The notes below the pieces were generated by a model that was not told the DNA's origin, made no database searches, and was given only the letters and a program-made list of their open reading frames with translations. A stretch of 64,000 nt of DNA from Rhizaria sp. SCN 62-66. Its lineage: Eukaryota. The stretch is from positions 1 to 64,000 of the forward strand of contig MEDY01000094.1 in NCBI GenBank assembly GCA_001724265.1, read 5' to 3'. Below, in pieces: positions 57,194 to 64,000 of this stretch. The translations under genes were made by a program, and so were the position numbers. The first letter of the stretch is position 1. The number at the start of each line of letters is the position of its first letter.

Positions 57194-58023
57194 GCGCGCA
57201 CGCCCCAATCTCGCGCTTGTACACGGGGATTTGCGCGCACACGCTTGGATGCGATGACGGCAAGGCACAGCTGCACTGCTGCCTCAGCTAGAGCTCAATG
57301 CTGCTGAGTCTGTCGTGTCGACCACGCTGCGCTACACGCGACCGCTAGAGTCCTAGCGGACGTCCAGCGACGTGCAGAATGTGATGACGTGAGTGTGCGA
57401 CCTCGATATTATTTAGACCTAATCCTATGATCACCAATAACGTATCTAAGGCAAAACAAACGCTGTAAATAGGTTGCTGCAACAACTGCTGCTGCCATCT
57501 GTACACGTCTGTTGAACCACAAACAACATTTAATCAACAACAATACAAACAAATACAACCATTTATGCGAAAACACAATCGAGGCTTTTAGAATATTAGT
57601 TTTTTTGCTTTATAGACTACGAAATAAACAGCAGCGCTGCCCTCCTAAGCCCCCTCTACGTTCTCGGCACCCTCGATGCACGCGTCAGCGACGGCCCCAC
57701 TCATCCGGTGCGGCGCTCAAACGCGCGAAACACGGCATAACAGAACACAGGAGTTGAAGAAAAGCAAACAGGGCACACCAAAAAAAAGAAACAATGAAAT
57801 ACGAGACGAAAAAAAAAACCTACACGATAACTCTACATGAGCAGGGCGCTTGCGGCCTCAAGAGTGCAGCGCAGCCCTGGCTCCGACGACTCAAAACAAG
57901 CACACAGATACTATAATAGGTCGCTGCCGCCGCACGTACTCGCCGGCGACAGCGCTTCGTTGTTGTTATACAGTGTACAACACTATTACTGCCATTGCTC
58001 GCCGCAGCGCGCCTAGACCGCTC

Positions 58024-58911
58024 TTAGACCGCGCCCGCCGCGCCGCCGCGCCCGCCGCGGAAGCCGCCGCGCCCGCCGCGATAGCCGCCGCGACCCTCGC
58101 CGCCGGCGTTGTTGTTGTTGTGGTGGTGGTAGCCGCCCCGGCCGCCGGCGCCGCCGCGGGCCCCGCCGCGGCCACCGCGGAAGCCGCCGCGGCCCTCGCC
58201 GTAGTGCGGGCGGTCGTGGCCCTCGCGCGCCTGCGCGGCGTGCGCAGCCTGGTCCTCCTTGACCTTGTCGAGGACCTCCTCGGACACCTGCATGTACCTG
58301 CAGAGGGAGGTGGCGACAGAGAGTGCAACAACAACAAAAAAGAGATTTACAGAGTGATGATGAGAATAAATCAATATGAAAGTTTGTCATAATACCGACG
58401 GAAGTTTGATTGATGTGTTCGTTCAGTTTCTCCTCCAACTGTGACCTTGATGGCGAGATATAGGGCGGGGAGTGACGTACTTGATGGTGGAGCCGCGGAT
58501 GAAGACCTCGGAGAGCTGCCAGAAGCGCTGGCCGTCGCGCGAGGTGCAAATGGCCTCCTTAAGGTGCACGTTCATCCACGCGTCGACGGAAACGAGGTAG
58601 CCGTTGAATGTCTCGCCGTTGCGGAGCTCAATGAGCTAAGAAGCGAAGCAAGTGAGTGAGAGCGAAGATAGATTGAGTGAGCGAGAGAGTCGATCAGAGC
58701 AGAGGAGAAAGTATGCGGGAGAGAGATGATATTAAGTGCAGAGTGGACGTGATGCGTACCAGAGAGTTCCCGAGCGCAGCGCGCAGGAGGTGAAGGGGAA
58801 GCTGTGTGCAAAGCGCAGCGCAGGGGAGAAGACAGAAAGGGAGGAAAGTTAGAAAACGTTCGATTGCGAGAAGTGTGTGTGGTGAGAGTGGGTCACTGCG
58901 AGACGTACCAT
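58024..58911 (-). CDS. LSM4: LSM4 (U6 snRNP / decapping Sm-like protein); exons 58911-58909, 58801-58760, 58635-58481, 58297-58024
   Basis: Spliced [79 protein letters not shown] plus an RGG tail. All three introns are GTACGY...AG and in phase. Ends TAA. Confidence 0.93.
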
Positions 58912-59324
58912 GAATCGAAGAGTCTAACTCAGTAATTACGATCGAAAATGGGATGTCGACACAGCTGAGACGCCGGAGGATCTACAACTGACTGTGTGTG
59001 GGGAAGAATATCGGGGGAAGAGCGAGAACCACATTCGAACAAGGTGAGACAACCGACAGGCAAGAGAACGACAATCAAAGCACATCTATCGACTTTTGAC
59101 GGAACACAAATAAAACCATAAAGATAAAACGCCTCAAAAAAACTAGGACAATATGAAAGCATGATATACCAGTGAACGATCGGACTGGGAGAAGCTCTTT
59201 CTTGGCACGATTCGCTGGACCACGGTCGCTTCCCGTTGGGATGCGCAAACGCGGGTGAGGTGCAACCTTGTCTTTGGTATCCCGGTGTCAACCATCCTAC
59301 GTTTGCGTAGAAACTGTGTTCGCG

Positions 59325-59950
59325 ATGAAGCCCTCTACTTTGGCTACTCTCCTCGTTTTTGTTTTGGCTGCTGTGATGCAGGACGTGTGGCGCGCCAACA
59401 ACCTTGCTGCCCAGGCGCAGATCCGTCAAGAAGAGACCGCAGTCGCCGCAGGCACCTCTACCCCCGGTGTCGTGTCCTCTGTGTCCAACTACCTTGACGC
59501 CAGCTCTGGCCAGCGCGTGCACGTTGCCTTCTGCTCCAGCTGCGGCTTCGGCAACAAGTACATCGAGCTCAAGAGCGCGATCGAGAACTCGGTGCCGGGC
59601 ATCGAGGTCTCCGGCTCCACCTACCCTCTCCCGCTCTGGAAGACCGCCGTGTCTTGGCTGCTTTGGCTTGCCGCGCCGCTCATCTACTTTGGCCACGAGA
59701 CCTTCTTTGCTGCCACCAACCTCCCCATGCCCGAAATTGTCAAGAAGATCAAGGTACGTTCTCGCATTGCATTCCTATGAAGCAACCACTTATGTGGAGA
59801 ATACCTCGATCATATCATCTCTCATTGCACGTTGGTAGATGTATTGTGTATTGCACTCTGCTTATTTTTTTATCGTCTCTTTCTATGCTATTTTCTTATC
59901 ACGACCTCTTGCTACCTTCTCTGTTGTTCTCTTCGTTCCCCGAATCGCCC

Positions 59951-59989
<39 letters not shown>

Positions 59990-60186
59990 GTTACGGCTAC
60001 CAGGCCGCGATGGCTGGCTTCTACCTTGGCACAATGCTGTCCTCGCGCTTTACCAACTCCGGCGCGTTCGAAGTCGCTTTCGACGGCGCGCTGCTCTTCT
60101 CGCGCCTCGCCACCGGCGCCTTCCCTGTGCCCGCCGACATCGCAGGTCTCGTCAAGGAGGGCCTCGCCGCGGGGGGGCACGCGTGA
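59325..60186 (+). CDS. SELENOT: Selenoprotein T-like (Rdx family) protein with CxxC; exons 59325-59753 and 59989-60186
   Basis: Signal-like N-terminus, VHVAFCSSCGF, IEVSGSTYP, and C-terminal SGAFEVAFDGALLFSRLATGAFP. Phase-0 intron GTACGT...ACAG. Ends TGA. Confidence 0.85.
59953..59986. repeat. (AC)17 microsatellite abutting the SelT intron acceptor
   Basis: Perfect AC run read directly, immediately followed by AG at 59987-59988. Confidence 0.95.
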
Positions 60187-60687
60187 GCGGGCGCATCACG
60201 GTGGACAGCGCGCTCTTTCTTTGTCTCTCTTTGGCCGGGGCTGCGAGGAGGGAGCGGGCGACGAGTCTGGTAATGCTGCCGATGTGGTAACGCTCACAAA
60301 GTGACTGACTGCGAAGTGACGAGCTGTGATGTAACCTTGTGAGTGGACACGGCGTATTGTGGCCATGCGCTCGATGATTCGCGAGTAAGTTATCAAAATA
60401 CAATAGATCTCTTTTACTCAAAGAATAATCAAACAATGAACATTGTGTATACGCTGTGATGTGACAACAAAGTGTCATCAACACTGATGGAGGCAGACTA
60501 GATAGTGATAGAAAATGGTACAGTACAATCTTAAACTCGAGGCTAAAGTAACAAGGAAAAAAAATGTTCTTCATAAATCAAAACAAAACGACCATGCATA
60601 TCAACACTAGGATTGAAATTCCATGGCACTAAAAAACGTGTGGAGTTACTCATGAACGCCTACTCGCAGCACAGTTAAGGAACGGAC

Positions 60688-63600
60688 TTAGCGACGACCG
60701 GTCTTGCCATTCTTCGCTGGCGTCCCAAACGCGGAGCTCCCCGCGCCCGCACCGACACCAACGCCGGCGCCCGCAGCGAAACCGCCCGCGCCGCCCTTGT
60801 GCGGTGTCGGCGGCAGCGACCGGCCCCCGCGGCCCGCGGCCCCCGCCCCCGACGCAGCCGCCGCCGCCGCCGCCTCCGCCTCGGCCGCGGCGGCCGCCTG
60901 CTCCTCGGCAACAACAGCTGCCGCGGCCGCCGCGGCCGCCGCGCCGCCGCCGGTCTTGCCCAGCTCTGCAAGCCCGCGGACGTGGAGGCGCAGCTCGCGG
61001 CGCGCGTCGAGCAGCGTCGAGGCCGCGCCCCAGCCGCCCGCCGCCAGACGCGCCGCAGCATAGAGGCGCGCCACAGCGGGCGCCAATGCGGCAACGGCGG
61101 CCGCGGGCGACGGCGCGGCCGCGGCGCGAACGGCGGCGGCCGCGGACAGGGACGCCAGCGCGCGAGCCGTGTTCGTCAGCAAAGGCAGCGGCGGCGCGGC
61201 AGAGGCAGAGGCGACAGAGACGGCGGCGGCAGAGGAAGAGGAGGAGAAAGGCAGAGAGCGGCGGTGCGGCGAGTGGCTCCGAGCAAGATTGTGCGGGTTG
61301 GAGTTGCCGCCGCCGCTGCCGCTGCCACTGCCGCTGAAGAGCGAGGTGACGGTGTTATGGGGCCACGGCCACGTGTCGCTGAAGCTCTCGTCCCCGCCAA
61401 TCGCGGCAGCAGCGTTCGCGGCGGCGGAGGCTATGTCAGCGGCGGCCGCAGAGACCACGTCGAAGTGACCGTGGGCCAAAAGGTGCGACTAAGACCGTGA
61501 AGTGTACGACTGCGGGCGCGACGACGGCCGCGAGCGTTGACCGTGAGCAGCAGAGTGACCGTGGGCCCCGTGATAGTGATGATGAGGGTGATGCATATGC
61601 TGCTGCTGCTGTTGCTGCAAGAGCAGCTGCGCCTGCATCTGCGGCAGCGCGGCGCGGTCGAGCAGCCCCGCGCTGGCGCTCTCCAGCGCCGCCAGCGTGC
61701 TCGCCAGCGCGCCCCGCGGCGGCGCCAGCGGGGCCCGGTGCACCGCCGGCAGCGCGGCCACGGAGCACTGCTGCGCGCACGAGAGGATCCAGCGCTCCAG
61801 CTCCGCCGCGGTCTCCGCGGCCGCCGCGGCGGCACCCTGGAACTGCTGCTGGTGTTGTTGTTGTTCCAGTTGCGGCGGCGCTGACTGGTCCCACAAGTCG
61901 CCCGCCAGCCCAGCGCCCGCGTTGGCGCCGGAGACCGCGGAGGCCTCGTCGTCAGCAGCGGCGGCCTGGAGCCTGGAGACGACCTCGGCGACGAGCGCGC
62001 GCGAGGCCGCGATCTCGGACGCGGCGGCGCTCTCCTCTGCGGGCGCCAGCGCGGTAGCGGCCGAGATGAGCGCGCTGAGGCAGCCCACCAGCACGGCCAA
62101 CGCGGGCGCCGCGGCAGAGGCTACGGCCGAGTCCGCGGCCGAGAGCGAGGGCAGCGCAGCCGCGACGGGCACAGGAGTCGCGGAGGTCGCGCTGTGAGCG
62201 CGCAGTGCGTGGGGGGGCGGCGGCGGGGCGGCGCCGGAGAGAGTGCTGGTGTCGATGCCGACGAGCAGCGTCGACACCACGTGCGAGTGCGCGCCAGTCG
62301 CACCGGCGCCGGCGCCGCTGCCGCTGTAGGCGACGCGCATGGGCTGGCCGCTGTGGCCGTGCGACTGCGAGTGCGCGTGCGACAGAGCAAGAGTGAGAGC
62401 CAGACCCGACGACTGCTGCTGCTGCTGCTGGCCAGTCTGCTGCCCATGTCGCATCTGCTGTTGCTGTTGCTGCAGCTTGACTGTGGTGAAGGCCGACTGC
62501 ACGAACGCCCTCGCGGCAGCGGGCGCGGGCAGCTCAGTCACGTACGCCAGCGCCATCGCCGCCGCTACGGCGCGCTTCTGCGCCTTGTACGCCAACACGC
62601 CGGCGAGATCGTCAGTGTTGACGTCTGCGTCCGCGTTACCGGCGCCGTCGCCGTCGCCGTCGTCGTCGCTGTCGCTGTCCGAGGAAGGCGGCGCGCCGGG
62701 CCCCGCCGCCGCGAGCGCGGCCGCCGAGGCCGCCGTGACGACGCACGCGCCCGGGAGCGCCCACGCCGGCGCCGGTCCGCCTGCTGCGGCCGCAGCGGCG
62801 GCGGCCGCGGAGGCCGGATCGCACAGCGCTGACGCAACCGTGACTGCAGCTTCGGACGCGGCCAGCGCGAGCGGCAGCGCAAGGGCCCACAGCCGCTCGG
62901 CGCTCGCCTCGTCCGCAGCAGCAGCAGCGGCGGCGGCGGCAGCGGCACTGGCGGAAGTGGAAGCACTGGCATGGTTCGGGTTGGCGTTGCCGTTGGTGTT
63001 TATTGTCGCGCCGCTCATGTCGGTGGTAAGGTCGCCGCCCCAGTCGCCCGAGGCCGCGGCCGCAGCGGCGCGCGAGTACTCGCCCAGCGAGGCGGGCAGG
63101 TCGCTGCCTTCGACGGCGGCAAGCCGGGCAGCGGCGGACGCGGCGGCCGCCTGGGCCGAGACCGCGGCGGCGGTGGCCGCGGCGAGGCGGCCGAGCGCGC
63201 CGGAGCCCGCGCTGCCGCAGCAGTCGTCGCCGTCAGGCGAGCCGTCGCCGTTGCCGCTGTTGTTACTGTTGTTGTTGTTGCTGCTGCTGAGCTCAAAGTG
63301 GGAGCGCGTATCACGGTGCAACAGCGACTGCGAGTGAACATGCGACTGCGGCTGTGCGGGCGAGACTGGGTCAGAGCCGAGCAGCGCTGCGAGCGTGTTG
63401 ACGGTCTCCACCGCGGCGGCCACGGTGCGCGGCAGCTGCCAAAGCAACAGGTTCGGCTCGTCGCCCCCGCAGTCAGCGCCCTTGCCGGCGGCACTCGGGG
63501 ACTGGCTGCCGTTCGCCACGGCAACGGGCGACGGCGAGTGCGACAGCCTGGGATCGTTGTCGCCTGATAGGGCGAATGAGGCCGATAAGTCGCGCACCAC

Positions 63601-64000
63601 GCCGGCGCAACCCAGCTCCCGGTCTCGGTTGCTGTCGCCGCCGACAACGCCGCTGGAGCCGAGGTTGCACTCGCAGTCGCCGACGCAGCAGCACCCGCTG
63701 CCCGCGCCGCCAGCATAACAGCCAGCTCCAGAGTCGGCACACGCAGCCGTAGCAGCTGCGGCAGCGGCGCCGCCGGGCGCAAGCGCCGCGACCGACGCGG
63801 CCGCCTCCGCCGCGGCCGTGGCCTCCGCCGCCGCGGCCGCAAGCGCTGCCCCCAGGGGCCTGAGCGCGGCGGCGTAGGCTGGCGCGGGCGGCAGCGCGCG
63901 CAGCGGCGCGTGCGTCTCCGCCGCGGCACCGGCCTCGGCGACGGCGTCGAGCGCGCAGAGCAGCAGCGGCAGCGACGCGAAAGCCATACGCACGCACGCG
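60688..64000 (-). CDS. 3' part of a large Ala-rich hypothetical protein (5'-truncated; in-frame TAG at 61491-61489)
   Basis: ORFs 63993-61489 and 61479-60688 are in the same frame, separated only by one TAG. Composition stays GC-rich and coding-like across it. Ends TAA at 60690-60688, where AT-rich sequence begins. Confidence 0.7.

Noticed and set aside
58024-58911. Initial reading as SmD3
   Set aside because: MLPL start, NGETFNG, CTSRDG..FW and IRGSTIKY identify LSM4.
1527-61491. Four independent pseudogenes, or pyrrolysine/selenocysteine insertion, as the explanation for the internal stops
   Set aside because: No frameshifts or other stop types occur in these genes and catalytic motifs are intact. 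Sec uses UGA and Pyl is unknown in eukaryotic nuclei. Not formally excluded without reads or RNA.

Overview
This is eukaryotic nuclear DNA from a gene-dense, GC-rich protist. It is probably flagellated (EFHC1/Rib72 present), but the taxon cannot be fixed from the sequence. Coding regions are GC-rich with Ala/Gln/Ser low-complexity expansions; intergenic DNA and the GT-AG introns (about 100-340 nt, donors mostly GTACGY) are AT-richer. I can support 17 protein-coding genes: two edge-truncated low-complexity genes, a hypothetical protein, a RAD51B-like paralogue, SUMO, Twinkle primase-helicase, a secreted amphipathic-repeat protein, PGAP1/Bst1, an intronless 6446-aa VPS13, UAP1, an A-type cyclin divergent from a 3R-MYB, EFHC1/Rib72, FAM50/XAP5, a small TM protein, LSM4 and a Cys-type SelT. 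The main finding is evidence for a non-standard nuclear genetic code. Four separate genes each contain a single in-frame TAG with the frame open on both sides (1527, 5590, 15960, 61491). Reading through restores the RAD51B N-terminal domain and the full PGAP1 architecture. All 17 predicted true termini are TAA (13) or TGA (4) and none is TAG. This suggests UAG is a rare sense codon (Gln favoured by context) while UAA remains a stop. No tRNA, rRNA, transposon or CRISPR was recognised.
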